This document shows positions 36,599 through 47,187 of a stretch of 64,000 nucleotides of DNA, piece after piece. The notes beneath the pieces were generated by a model. That model searched no databases. It was not told where the DNA came from and worked only from the letters and a program-made list of their open reading frames with translations. Position 1 is the stretch's first letter, and every line of letters begins with the position of its first letter. Source of the DNA: a bacterium (lineage in GTDB: Bacteria; Zhuqueibacterota; Zhuqueibacteria; Residuimicrobiales; Krinioviventaceae); assembly GCA_963693055.1 (NCBI GenBank), contig OY843751.1:480001-544000 (forward strand), read 5' to 3'. The position numbers and the translations under genes were made by a program.

Positions 36599-37687
36599 AT
36601 GAAAATAGTTGATGGATTTAAGACTCTCAAGCGGTATTTTGATATCCTGACTACGGATATAAGCCTTCGTGATATGGAGTACATGATCAAGCGGGAAGGC
36701 CCAAGTGTATTTCAATTCTACAACCAGGGAAATGCGAGTCCTGATAAAAAACGAAACCGTTTTTTTCAAACACTGAGTTTAATTAAAAATCTTTTTTTGG
36801 GATTTATTTTGAAAATGAATCCTACTAACAGATGGATTTATATACCCGCTGTCTATTTGGTTATTACAGGCTTGTTGGAAAATCATGACCTTACTGTATT
36901 AGCCGGGTTTGTTTTACTAAACCTTTTGCTTGCGTTTGAAATGGCGGGCAAGATCATGGCCAAAGATGAGCTCGAGATCGCCCGGGACATTCAGATGCAA
37001 CTCCTTCCGGAAGCTCCTCCGAATTTAAAACAATATGATATCTCTTTTTTCTCCGAAGCTGCCCGTGAAGTAGGTGGAGATTTTTTAGATTTTATCCAAA
37101 ACGGGGAAAAACTGACAACGGTCATTGGTGATATATCCGGCAAGGGGATGCGTGCTGCTATTCATATGGTACAGGTGCATACAATCATCAATAGTCTTAA
37201 ATCAACAACAGGTACACACGAGTTTTTGTCGCAATTGAACGACCGGTTAGAGGGTGTGCTGCCCAAATCGGTTTTTGTGACCACCAGCTTTTTGTGCATG
37301 AATGGCAATGATTCTGTGGATTTTTACCGCTCGGGCCATTTGCCCATGTTTAAATATGATGTAAAAACGCAAAATTGTGAATCAATTGTACCACCGGGAT
37401 TAGGAATAGGGCTTGCAAGTACAGAAATATATGAAAAATCTCTGGTATGTGAGAAATTGAATATCAATACAGGTGATGTTTTTCTGTTATTTACTGACGG
37501 ACTGGTAGAAACTATGGATAGTGAACAACATGAATATGGTGAAGACCGATTGATGCAGGTTATGTGTGAACATGCAACCCTTTCGAGTAAAGAAATTCAA
37601 GATGCCATTTTAAAAAGTGTTGCCTTGTTCCGTGGTAAGCAAGCACCCCACGATGATCTTACCCTGGTCATTATTAAATGTATCTAA
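36599..37687 (+). CDS. Membrane PP2C/SpoIIE (RsbU-like) phosphatase
   Basis: EL.IAR.IQ..LLP, VGGDF.D, GDISGKG, FTDGL.E, DDLT. Confidence 0.92.
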   Translation: MKIVDGFKTLKRYFDILTTDISLRDMEYMIKREGPSVFQFYNQGNASPDKKRNRFFQTLSLIKNLFLGFILKMNPTNRWIYIPAVYLVITGLLENHDLTVLAGFVLLNLLLAFEMAGKIMAKDELEIARDIQMQLLPEAPPNLKQYDISFFSEAAREVGGDFLDFIQNGEKLTTVIGDISGKGMRAAIHMVQVHTIINSLKSTTGTHEFLSQLNDRLEGVLPKSVFVTTSFLCMNGNDSVDFYRSGHLPMFKYDVKTQNCESIVPPGLGIGLASTEIYEKSLVCEKLNINTGDVFLLFTDGLVETMDSEQHEYGEDRLMQVMCEHATLSSKEIQDAILKSVALFRGKQAPHDDLTLVIIKCI

Positions 37688-37759
37688 ATCGTGTTTCTAA
37701 TCATTGAGAATAATTCTCACTTTACACTTTTATTAAATCCATATAAATTTTTCATTCAG

Positions 37760-38174
37760 ATTGCATACCTGATGTCACACGGACAAGCCAAGGTAAGTTC
37801 ATATCTACAACTAGCTGGCCCTATCAGGGGTTTATTGATAACCATTAAATTTAAAATATGAGCAATGTTAATCGATATATCTTTTATCCCATTGTACAAG
37901 ACCTTGTATTAACAAAAAAGCTGCAATATTTTGGAGTGCAGCGCCTTTATGCGCTGCGTCGGGCCGGAGGTCCGAGATTAAGCCGATCGGTATATTAAAT
38001 ATTATGAAATCATAAAGTATAGTAAATTCATTATTCTTGTCAAAAAGCCAATAAATCAAGATTGTCTTTTACTGTCCGCATTGCATAAAAGCAATATTTT
38101 TTACCATCCTCACATTTTCTGTCTTGTACAAAATATTTGTAGGAAAAGCATTTGCCTGCCGTCAGGTATGCAAT
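37760..38174. repeat. Nested inverted repeats; REP- or MITE-like non-coding unit
   Basis: 13-bp IR attgcatacctga (37760-72/38162-74); 11-bp IR ttgtacaagac (37892-902/38121-31); two internal GC hairpins at 37938-37975. Confidence 0.55.
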
Positions 38175-38232
38175 GTTGTTGTGATTGGATTGATAAAGAA
38201 AAACGGTGGTATTTTTTATAAATGAAAAATCA

Positions 38233-38268
38233 AAAAAAAAGCCCTGATGTTTAGTCAGGGCTTTTTTT
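38233..38268. terminator. Bidirectional intrinsic terminator
   Basis: A-run gccctga...tcagggc T-run. Confidence 0.8.
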
Positions 38269-38283
38269 GAATATCTTGGAACC

Positions 38284-39165
38284 TCAGGGTTTTTCTATTT
38301 GAAGTTCAAAGTTTGTTCCACACAATGATCCAAACAAGCCGATACCTCCCACAATACCGCCTTCCAACTCGGGATGTTCTCTGTAATTGTAATGCTGCAA
38401 GTTTTCATCAATAGCCGCAATCTGCATGGTGTTTGATCCAAAGAATACGATCATTGCATTATACCAAGATATAACGGGCTTGTTGTCATAATCTGATGAC
38501 TCGAGGTCCTTTAACTTCATAGATGCCCAGATACGGCGGGGCTCACTGTTTTTGCCGCCATCGTATTCTTCCTGATCATCAGGGAAATTATGGCTGTCAC
38601 TGAAAGGATAGATATATTCTGCGTTTTCATAGGTTTCGTTGCAAAACATTTCAATAAAAATGATCTGTTCCGGATCTTTATGTTCCAGATAAACCGGTTT
38701 ACGTAAACCTAATTCTGTTTGATATTCTGTGTTTACCTCGGTAGTGCTCAAATCTGTTTCCATTTTTAATAAAGCCGGTACTGTTGTAACAGAGCTTACT
38801 TGTTGATCACCGGTGTTTATATTCAGCGCATAGGTTTTTTCCGGTTCAATCATCAAGTCATCATTGTAATAATAACCGGGTTGAGTTGCAGATTCAACAA
38901 GCACTGTGGTTTTTCCACTGCCGGTTTCGGTTATGGTTACATCTGCATTGCGTATAGCCGCTTCTGATTTGTCATAATAATCATAAACCGGCTGCGAGTA
39001 AAAGACTGTAATTGCATGCTCTTCAGAAAGAGGCTCATTTCCATATAAATAACCATATACTACAATTTCTTTATCATATTCCGGATCTGCGGGGTTTTTG
39101 TCGCATCCCATAAACACAATGGATATTGAAAATACTATTATTATTAATTTATATATATTTTTCAT
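38284..39165 (-). CDS. DUF4249-like lipoprotein partner of the TonB-dependent receptor
   Basis: Lipobox FMGC, IVVYGYL, A.VTI, GGIGLFGS. Confidence 0.75.
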   Translation of the reverse strand: MKNIYKLIIIVFSISIVFMGCDKNPADPEYDKEIVVYGYLYGNEPLSEEHAITVFYSQPVYDYYDKSEAAIRNADVTITETGSGKTTVLVESATQPGYYYNDDLMIEPEKTYALNINTGDQQVSSVTTVPALLKMETDLSTTEVNTEYQTELGLRKPVYLEHKDPEQIIFIEMFCNETYENAEYIYPFSDSHNFPDDQEEYDGGKNSEPRRIWASMKLKDLESSDYDNKPVISWYNAMIVFFGSNTMQIAAIDENLQHYNYREHPELEGGIVGGIGLFGSLCGTNFELQIEKP

Positions 39166-39180
39166 GTCTGATATCCTCTC

Positions 39181-41397
39181 TTAATAATTTACAGAAAAAC
39201 CAACCGTGGGAATGAATGGAAGCATGTTGGCATCATCCACAACCGCGGGATTTTGATTAGTATCAAACTGTCTGAACCAGACATTTTTATTGTTATAGAC
39301 ATTGATCATCTGGATGAATATTTCACCTTGTTTGCCCCAGAAAGAGGTATCCCGAAAGAGACCAATATCAAGTCTGTGATATGCAGGCAAGCGATAAAAG
39401 TTTTTCTCACCTTCCAAAACTGTATCGTATTCACGACCGTTTTGATCAACAACCGTATAGCGGGCAGTTGCTTCGGTATACGGCTGACCGGATCCGTATT
39501 TGAAGGCAAAGTTTAAGCGCCATTTGCGGGACAAGCGGTAATCCTGAATGGCTGTGAATGTATGACGTCTGTCATAAGTCGGATAATATTCTTTGCCAAA
39601 ATTATATCCGTCAACTTGTTTTTTCGTCCATCCCAGGGAATAGCCAAACCAGCCAGTGAACCCCCAAATGTTGTTGCGTAAATAGATATCCATGCCATAC
39701 GCTTTACCTTTACCGCTTAAAAAGTTGTCTGCGGCTGACATGTTTTCAACGGATTCGTCCGCGTCTCTAAATTCACGATATTCGGCAATATTGTAATATT
39801 TTTTATAATACCCTTCAACGTTAATAGAAAAGGTCTTGTCGTTATCATAAGAGTAACCCAAAATAAAATGATCAGCTTTGCCGGGCTCAAAAGTGTCATC
39901 AACAGGGAACCACATATCTGCAAAGCTCAAGCCTTCCATTTGTACCAGGTTTAAAAACTGGTGATATCTGCCAACGCTTAAAGTAACATCTGATTTATCT
40001 GTCAGTATGCGCTTTAAAGAAACACGGGGATCGAACCGTACATAATTACCATCTGTGTATTGGTCCAACCGGAGCCCGGTTTGTAAAATTGTTAACGGAG
40101 TGATCTTGAGATTGTCTTGAAAAAAGATGCTGTTATAATATCCTCCAAAAGAGTTACTATATTCAGTGTCTACCACATAATAATCCAGATCAAAATCTAC
40201 ATATTTAGTTTCAAATCCAAAATCCATCGAGTGACCTGATGATGGAGTATAGGTGAGCATGCCTTTCAAGGCAAGGTCTGTAACTTCATTAAAGTTGCCA
40301 AATTCAACCTGATCAAATGTAATTTTACTGTCACTGTCAAATCTGCTTCCCGCAAACACAAAGTGAGAAAACAGTTTGCTGTTAAACAGGTGGGTCCATT
40401 GAGATGAGAATGTACGGTTGCCCCATTTCAATCCAATATCTGTACCACCGCTGCTCATATCAAGCACATCGTGACCAGAGTAAAAACTGAGGCTTGCCTG
40501 ATTGTTATGATCAATATCCCAGTTGATTTTGCCGTGTCCATCATAAAAATAGTAGGGAAGATCAAAGTCTACCATTTTCTCAGCAAGTTCCAGATACGTT
40601 CTACGTCCCGAAATCATCCAAGAGCCGTGTTTCCAGGGGCCTTCAAGGGTTGTGCTTGCACTCAGTAAGCTCAGGCTGGTTTTACCTTCAAATTCCTGCC
40701 GGTTACCTTCTTTATTAACAACATTCAGCACAGAAGACAGTCTGCCTCCATATTGTGCGGGGTATCCGCCTTTTAACAGTTCAACCGATTTAATAGCGTC
40801 TGTATTAAATGTGCTGAAAAAACCAAACATGTGATTGGGATTATAAACATCGATGTGGTCTAACAAGATCAGGTTTTGGTCCGCGCTGCCGCCCCGAATA
40901 TACAATCCTGCAGAAAAGTCAGACAGTGTTGCAACACCGGGAAGCATCTGCAAAGAACGGAACAGATCCGCTTCTGCAACTGAAGGAATGGATTTTAACT
41001 GTGGGACCTTCATTGCTATTTGTCCCGGCTTGATATCCATTTCCCGTTGTTCACGGTCAGCTTCAACAACCACGTCTTGCATTGTAATTGTTTCGGATTC
41101 AAGATCAATGTCAAGAGAAATATCATCATTATTTTGCAAAGATTGTGTTACTATTTGTGTTTTGAAACCAATATAGCGAAAGCAAATTTCATATGTGCCG
41201 GCAGGGATTGACGTTAATACAAAATATCCCTTCATATTTGTAGTTGTGCCGATGGTGGTATCCTTTATCCAAACGTTACCCATAATAATTGGTTCTTTAT
41301 TGCCTTTTTCTCTTACAAAACCATGTATTGTGGCCGCGTTAACCGGTAACACCCCCGCGACGATACATAACAGGATTAACACTTTTTTCCAACTCAT
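39181..41397 (-). CDS. TonB-dependent receptor with N-terminal carboxypeptidase-regulatory-like domain
   Basis: GTTTN.KGYF, LQMLPGV, IRGG..DQN..LLD, KGGYPA.YGGRLSSV, RLP.YHRLD; aromatic C-terminal residue. Confidence 0.93.
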   Translation of the reverse strand: MSWKKVLILLCIVAGVLPVNAATIHGFVREKGNKEPIIMGNVWIKDTTIGTTTNMKGYFVLTSIPAGTYEICFRYIGFKTQIVTQSLQNNDDISLDIDLESETITMQDVVVEADREQREMDIKPGQIAMKVPQLKSIPSVAEADLFRSLQMLPGVATLSDFSAGLYIRGGSADQNLILLDHIDVYNPNHMFGFFSTFNTDAIKSVELLKGGYPAQYGGRLSSVLNVVNKEGNRQEFEGKTSLSLLSASTTLEGPWKHGSWMISGRRTYLELAEKMVDFDLPYYFYDGHGKINWDIDHNNQASLSFYSGHDVLDMSSGGTDIGLKWGNRTFSSQWTHLFNSKLFSHFVFAGSRFDSDSKITFDQVEFGNFNEVTDLALKGMLTYTPSSGHSMDFGFETKYVDFDLDYYVVDTEYSNSFGGYYNSIFFQDNLKITPLTILQTGLRLDQYTDGNYVRFDPRVSLKRILTDKSDVTLSVGRYHQFLNLVQMEGLSFADMWFPVDDTFEPGKADHFILGYSYDNDKTFSINVEGYYKKYYNIAEYREFRDADESVENMSAADNFLSGKGKAYGMDIYLRNNIWGFTGWFGYSLGWTKKQVDGYNFGKEYYPTYDRRHTFTAIQDYRLSRKWRLNFAFKYGSGQPYTEATARYTVVDQNGREYDTVLEGEKNFYRLPAYHRLDIGLFRDTSFWGKQGEIFIQMINVYNNKNVWFRQFDTNQNPAVVDDANMLPFIPTVGFSVNY

Positions 41398-41458
41398 TGG
41401 GTTCCTTTCAAACATTATTATTGATTTGGTTGTAATTTAATTTGGATTCGGTCGGTAA

Positions 41459-41484
41459 TACGGAAATGATTCACACAGGTTTCA
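41459..41484 (-). promoter_or_regulatory. ECF-sigma-type promoter
   Basis: Minus strand TGAAAC-N16-CGTA upstream of the receptor gene. Confidence 0.55.
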
Positions 41485-41664
41485 TTTTACCAGCAAAAAA
41501 ATACATTTGTATGTTTAATTTGCGCTATTGTATTATATTTCTTGAATTTCGGCATATGATTATTTTCTGGTTTTTTAATGATGAATAAATATTTATGTTT
41601 TGTTACATTATAAATTGTATATTATGGTTTATAAGTTTTATTTGAAAATGGAGTTTTTAAACAG

Positions 41665-42912
41665 GTGCAGGAAATTCTTGAATTAGGTAAACAGGCAAAA
41701 CAAGCTGCTTTAAAATTGTCTACGCTTTCCGGCGAAGCCCGGCAAAATGCTATTGCTGCCATGCCTGACAAATTATTGTCTGTTAAAGGTGAACTTGCCA
41801 AAGCCAATGCCGCAGATGTTGAAGAAGCGAAACAAAATGGCCTGGCTGGTCCGCTGTTAAAACGCCTTGAGATAAGTGATAAAGTTTTTGATTATATGAT
41901 GAACCGACTCCTGGAGGTTGCTCAACTCCCTGATCCGTTGGACAGAGTACTGGAGGGGCATACACGTCCCAATGGTTTGCGGGTGGAAAAGATCAGTGTA
42001 CCATTGGGTGTAATTGGAATTATTTATGAATCCCGTCCCAATGTAACGCCTGATGCTGCGTCGGTATGTTTGAAAAGCGGAAATGCTGTGATTTTGCGCG
42101 GCGGGTCAGAATCTTTACGCACCAATATAGTATTGGCAGATGCTATGATATCTGCTCTTGTGGAAAGTGGTGTGCCGGAACATGCGGTGCAAATTGTAAG
42201 AGTACCAGGGCATAAAGCCGTTAGCGAATTATTGAAACTTGATCAATATATTGACGTATTGATACCCCGGGGCGGGAAAGGTCTTATTAAGCGAATTGCA
42301 GAAGGAACACGCATACCGGTTATAAAACATTATGAAGGACTTTGTCATTTATATCTAGCAAGTGATGCTAAGGAAGACATGGCTGTGGCGCTGGCGGTGA
42401 ATTCAAAATGTCAAAAAGTTGAAGTTTGTAACGCGCTTGAAACATTGCTGGTAGACGCAGAATCCGCAGAACGTTTGCTGCCTGTTCTGGACAAGGCATT
42501 TAAAGGAAATGGTGTGGAATTGCGTGGTTGTGAAAAGACACGTGCGATTTTACCAAATATTAACGCTGCAACAGAAGAAGACTGGTCAACAGAGTATCTG
42601 GCACCTGTATTATCTGTCAAAGTTGTTGATGGAATTGAAAAAGCTATGGACCATATCAATACCTATGGTTCCGGTCATACAGATGGTATTGTTACCCAAT
42701 CCCTTGAACTGTCAAACCAGTTTGTGAATGGAGTGGATTCGGGTTCGGTTCTGGTAAACGCTTCTACCCGGCTTTCCGGTGGAGGCGATTATGGTTTGGG
42801 TGCGGTTGTTGGTATTTCGACTGACAAATTGCATGCACGCGGTCCGGTAGGGCCCAATGATTTGACCTCCTATAAATGGGTGGCATATGGAAATGGACAT
42901 TTGAGAAAATAA
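41665..42912 (+). CDS. proA: Gamma-glutamyl phosphate reductase
   Basis: VPLGVIGIIYESRPNVT, LKSGNAVILRGGSE, IPRGG, CNALETLLV, GISTDKLHARGP. Confidence 0.96.
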   Translation: MQEILELGKQAKQAALKLSTLSGEARQNAIAAMPDKLLSVKGELAKANAADVEEAKQNGLAGPLLKRLEISDKVFDYMMNRLLEVAQLPDPLDRVLEGHTRPNGLRVEKISVPLGVIGIIYESRPNVTPDAASVCLKSGNAVILRGGSESLRTNIVLADAMISALVESGVPEHAVQIVRVPGHKAVSELLKLDQYIDVLIPRGGKGLIKRIAEGTRIPVIKHYEGLCHLYLASDAKEDMAVALAVNSKCQKVEVCNALETLLVDAESAERLLPVLDKAFKGNGVELRGCEKTRAILPNINAATEEDWSTEYLAPVLSVKVVDGIEKAMDHINTYGSGHTDGIVTQSLELSNQFVNGVDSGSVLVNASTRLSGGGDYGLGAVVGISTDKLHARGPVGPNDLTSYKWVAYGNGHLRK

Positions 42913-42925
42913 AAAAAGAGATAGA

Positions 42926-43582
42926 TTGATGAAAAAACAGTATACGCATATTTTGTGGGATTGGAACGGAACTTTGTTGAATGATATGGATCATTGTGTA
43001 GTCTCTATTAACAAAGTGTTACGAAAACATAATAAACCTGAAATTGATATGGAAACCTATTACCGGGAATTTGATTTTCCTGTTCGTGATTATTATGAAA
43101 GAATAGGATTTAATTTTCAAGAGATCCCCTTTGAAGTCGTAGGTACAGAGTTTATAGAAGAATATTATGAAACCTGGACAGAGTGCAAAATGACCCAGGA
43201 TGCTATTGATGTACTCAAGGCAGTTAAAGAGGCAGGTATTTCACAGTCCATTTTATCTGCAGCCGGTACTGACAAGCTGGAAATGTGTACCGAGTATTTT
43301 AATATTCAGGATTATTTTACAGAATTAACAGGCCTGGATCATCATTACGCGCATGGCAAAGTTGATATTGCGCTAGAATATATGAAGCGAACCGGTATCC
43401 CTCCGGAAAAGATTTTATTTGTTGGTGATACGACCCATGATTATGAGGTTGCAAAGACGATTGGCGTTGATTGTGTCTTGTATAAAAACGGCCACCATCC
43501 TGTAGAAAAGTTGGAAGCCTGTGATGCGCCAACCATCAACTCTTTAAATCAGGTTCTGGATCTGATCAATCATAATTCATAA
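42926..43582 (+). CDS. HAD-family hydrolase (phosphoglycolate phosphatase-like)
   Basis: WDWNGTLLND, SILSA, GK, FVGDTTHD. Confidence 0.88.
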   Translation: MMKKQYTHILWDWNGTLLNDMDHCVVSINKVLRKHNKPEIDMETYYREFDFPVRDYYERIGFNFQEIPFEVVGTEFIEEYYETWTECKMTQDAIDVLKAVKEAGISQSILSAAGTDKLEMCTEYFNIQDYFTELTGLDHHYAHGKVDIALEYMKRTGIPPEKILFVGDTTHDYEVAKTIGVDCVLYKNGHHPVEKLEACDAPTINSLNQVLDLINHNS

Positions 43583-44825
43583 AGTTGAGTTCTTTTGGAA
43601 GGGCGTAATTGAGTTTAAAGCTCGATATCAGTTCAGATACATTGAGCGTTGTATTGTTTTTAATACCGGCTGAGAAATTGAGCCATATACTGCTTTTGAT
43701 ATTGAGCTCTGCTCCCAGATTGAGCATAATTGTATTTTCTTCCAGTTTTTCATAACTATACAGCCCTTCTGCAAATCCTTTCAAGCTGTTTGTTCCCAAA
43801 TAGAATCTTGAAATGGCTGTAATGTTTTCTTCGCGAGCACCCAACCCACCTGGCTTGAATGACGCCGCATTAAAACCCAGTAATAATTGCGATGAGCTGC
43901 CAACAGGCAAACCCAGTGTTGCCCACACATTTACATTGTTCAATTGAACATTATTCGCCAGAGAATCCGGTTTTTGAGCGCCCAGTGCGAAAGCAAGATC
44001 GAGCTTGGTTTTGTTCCAGTTGGCTGCTTTAAATTTTGATTTCAGGCGCTCTATCTCCTTGTCCGGATCTATTCCTTTTTGCTCAACAAGTGAGAACCGA
44101 AGATTGATTATATAATCAATCATAGTCTTGATCTCTTTATCATCCGAGTTGTAATCCTCGGGTTTTACAGCGAGTCCGGTTAATAGATTATTTCTTAGAT
44201 CGTTTTTTATCTCTTTAATTGAACCCAATTCCGGAGCTGCCTTGTAAAGAAGCCATTGGTTAAATATTTCCGACTTTTCATAAACATCAAATCCATAATA
44301 GGGCTTGAATGATTTGTTGAATTCGTTTACCAGTTCGCCATGAATATCAACAGACTGTTTGAGTATTGCCACGGCTTTGAGTTGAAAAGACAGATCCTGT
44401 AACAGGTCGCCTTTATCTAAAAGGGTCATTCTTGCACCAAAAGCAAGTTTAGAAAGATTTGTGGAATCGGTTTGTGCTGCTGTTGATATTTTAAGACTGT
44501 ACCAGAGGCGGTTTTTTTTATAATCCTGAATACCGGTTCGGTCAGATTTGAACAATAAAAAGGGTGAAATTTCCACAGCAATGGTTTTGGGAATGCCCAG
44601 TTGAGAACCATTATAAAAATCTGAAAATGACATGTTGAAATCTTTGAGTGTTGAAGGACGCAATATATTACCGGGACTTCTATCCATTGCATTAAACGCA
44701 GGGATGTCAGGTATGGCAAAGTTGAGTTCGTGTTGAAGCAACGCTGTGTGATAGGGGGCTTGAGCGTATAGAATAAATGGATGAATTATCATTAAAGCAA
44801 AAAGTACTAGCAGTCTTTTTTTCAT
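43566..44825 (-). CDS. Hypothetical exported protein, possible outer-membrane barrel
   Basis: Signal peptide; amphipathic C-terminal strands. Confidence 0.65.
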   Translation of the reverse strand: MKKRLLVLFALMIIHPFILYAQAPYHTALLQHELNFAIPDIPAFNAMDRSPGNILRPSTLKDFNMSFSDFYNGSQLGIPKTIAVEISPFLLFKSDRTGIQDYKKNRLWYSLKISTAAQTDSTNLSKLAFGARMTLLDKGDLLQDLSFQLKAVAILKQSVDIHGELVNEFNKSFKPYYGFDVYEKSEIFNQWLLYKAAPELGSIKEIKNDLRNNLLTGLAVKPEDYNSDDKEIKTMIDYIINLRFSLVEQKGIDPDKEIERLKSKFKAANWNKTKLDLAFALGAQKPDSLANNVQLNNVNVWATLGLPVGSSSQLLLGFNAASFKPGGLGAREENITAISRFYLGTNSLKGFAEGLYSYEKLEENTIMLNLGAELNIKSSIWLNFSAGIKNNTTLNVSELISSFKLNYALPKELNFMNYD

Positions 44826-44829
44826 TGAA

Positions 44830-45225
44830 TCAACCTATGGTTTGAGACAAAAGAATGTTTTTAAGTATGGTTTGGGTTGCTCCGGTCAGGTTGCCGCTTT
44901 CCGCATAGAGCCCCCCAATAGATTCACCGTTTTGCTTAAATGTTACATATATATTATAGGGTTTTAAGTTTTCGACATCCAATCCTTTAAAGTTACTGAG
45001 GAATTGTAAACGATATTTTTCGTCATTTAAATCATTAACAGGCAGGGTGATAGTCTCAACAATTGAACTATCAGTAGAGGTTTCGATATTATCTTTGGTA
45101 ACGGTTAGTATCTCTGTATCATTCAAATCATAAACTGACAGCTTGTAAGCCGCTACCATAACGCCTTCAAAAATCGGTTGTATATTTATATCGCCATTTG
45201 CTTTTTGAAACTCTATTGATTGCAT
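44830..45225 (-). CDS. Hypothetical protein
   Basis: 131-aa ORF with RBS aaaggg; ends 4 nt before the next gene. Confidence 0.6.
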   Translation of the reverse strand: MQSIEFQKANGDINIQPIFEGVMVAAYKLSVYDLNDTEILTVTKDNIETSTDSSIVETITLPVNDLNDEKYRLQFLSNFKGLDVENLKPYNIYVTFKQNGESIGGLYAESGNLTGATQTILKNILLSQTIG

Positions 45226-45520
45226 TGTCGCCCTTTCTTGTTATTATTACACTGAAATTACAAAAAATACTATTTCAAAACAACAATCCGTTAAATTATA
45301 GGAATGATAAGCTTTTATAATCTGTTTAAATGATTAATAAAATACTTAAAAATGGTTTGTTTTTGTTAATAAAAATTTGTAAATTAATTACTTTGTAACA
45401 TCTTGAGTAAGTACCAGCCTGTAAATACCCTTCCGGTCAGATTAACCCGATTTACATGTTTCTCAGATGTCTTGACAGCAATTGCGGGTTTATGCATAAA
45501 AACGATTTGAGTAAAAAAGA

Positions 45521-47113
45521 ATGAATTTGTTTGAAAATCTGGGCTTGTCCCAGAAAACATTGAGAGCTATTGAAGAAAAAGGATTTACCGAACCTACCCC
45601 TATTCAGGCAGCAGTAATTCCATTATTGTTGCAGAATGTAAAAGATGTTGTAGGCCAGGCGCAAACCGGAACCGGAAAAACTGCGGCATTTGGTCTTCCT
45701 ATGATCGAAACTCTCGACAAGGGCAAACATACAAGTGCCCTGATATTGACTCCTACCAGAGAATTAGCAATTCAAGTTGCTGATGAGATTAATTCTTTGC
45801 AGGGAAATAAAGGATTGCGTATTGAGCCTATTTATGGTGGACAATCCATTGAAACACAATTGAAAAAGCTGAAAAAGGGAGTAGACATTGTTGTAGGTAC
45901 TCCGGGGCGTGTTCGTGATCATTTACAGAGAAAACGTTTAAAGCTTGATCGATTGTCTTATCTTATTCTTGATGAAGCAGATGAAATGTTGAACATGGGA
46001 TTTGTTGAAGAGATTGAAGAAATTTTAGAATATGTGAATCCTGATCGTCGTACGTTGTTGTTTTCTGCCACCATGCCAAAACCGATATTGAATATCGCGC
46101 AAAATTACATGGACGAATATGAACTGGTTAAGGTTACGCCGCAGCAGGTTTCTACCGAATTGGTTGAACAGGTGTACTATCAGGTCAATGAAGGTGATAA
46201 ACTTGAAGCACTTTGCCGTGTAATGGATATGGATAAAGATTTTTACGGATTGGTATTCTGTCGTACCAAAGTGGATGCAGACAAGGTATCTCGTAAATTG
46301 ATTGACAAGGGTTATAATGCTGACGCATTACACGGAGATATAACCCAACAACAGCGTGAAAAAGTGTTAAACAGTTTTAAAAGACGTACCGTAAATGTGT
46401 TGGTTGCTACTGATGTCGCCGCTCGTGGTATTGATGTGCAGGATTTAACGCACGTTGTGAATTATACAATTCCACATGATCCTGAAGCTTATGTACATCG
46501 TATTGGACGTACAGGCCGTGCAGGAAAAATGGGTACCGCAGTTACTTTTGTAACTCCTGCAGATTTGAAACATATGAAACGTATTGAGCGTTTTGCCAAT
46601 GCCAAGATTCAACATGGAAAACCACCCAAAGTTCGCGATATTATCAGAGCACGTAAAGCCCGTATTAAAAATGATGTGCTGGCATACTCTGGTAGTGAAA
46701 TCGATGAAATTTATTTGAAAATGGCACATGATCTGTTGGCAGAAAATGATCCTGAACAGATGCTTGCTGCTATGTTGAAATATGCATTTAGAGACAAGTT
46801 GGATCGTGATAATTACAGAGAAATTTCGGCTCCAGCACCATTTGTCGAAGAAGATAGTAACGGCAAAGTCAGACTGTTTGTAGCCCGTGGAAAAAAAGTC
46901 GGCATGAATGATAAAAAACTCAAACAACTGGTGTGTAAAGGTGTGGATGTGGCTCCCCAAAAGATACGCAATATACGCGTATTTGACGATTTTTCGTTTA
47001 TTACCGTACCTTTAAAAGATGCGGACAGGATCCTTAAAATACATGGTAGAGGTGATCGTAAACGCAAACCATTAGTAGAACGTGCCAAAGTACCGGCAGG
47101 GGCAAAGCGATAA
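45521..47113 (+). CDS. deaD: DEAD-box RNA helicase with C-terminal DbpA RNA-binding domain
   Basis: PTPIQ, AQTGTGKT, PTRELA, TPGR, DEAD, SAT, ARGID, HRIGRTGRAG; DbpA-like RLFV..GK......FSFI. Confidence 0.88.
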   Translation: MNLFENLGLSQKTLRAIEEKGFTEPTPIQAAVIPLLLQNVKDVVGQAQTGTGKTAAFGLPMIETLDKGKHTSALILTPTRELAIQVADEINSLQGNKGLRIEPIYGGQSIETQLKKLKKGVDIVVGTPGRVRDHLQRKRLKLDRLSYLILDEADEMLNMGFVEEIEEILEYVNPDRRTLLFSATMPKPILNIAQNYMDEYELVKVTPQQVSTELVEQVYYQVNEGDKLEALCRVMDMDKDFYGLVFCRTKVDADKVSRKLIDKGYNADALHGDITQQQREKVLNSFKRRTVNVLVATDVAARGIDVQDLTHVVNYTIPHDPEAYVHRIGRTGRAGKMGTAVTFVTPADLKHMKRIERFANAKIQHGKPPKVRDIIRARKARIKNDVLAYSGSEIDEIYLKMAHDLLAENDPEQMLAAMLKYAFRDKLDRDNYREISAPAPFVEEDSNGKVRLFVARGKKVGMNDKKLKQLVCKGVDVAPQKIRNIRVFDDFSFITVPLKDADRILKIHGRGDRKRKPLVERAKVPAGAKR

Positions 47114-47140
47114 TTATTTAAAAATTATTGTTTTTTATTT

Positions 47141-47187
47141 AAACCGGGTTTGTTGAGATAATGATCTTATTAATCCCGGTTTTTTTA
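47141..47187 (+). terminator. Intrinsic terminator
   Basis: aaaccggg...cccggttttttt. Confidence 0.6.

Noticed and set aside
37868-38059. 63-aa minus-strand ORF
   Set aside because: Non-ATG start, runs through palindromes, no protein-like features.
41665-42912. proA without adjacent proB
   Set aside because: Split proA/proB is common and proB may lie elsewhere.
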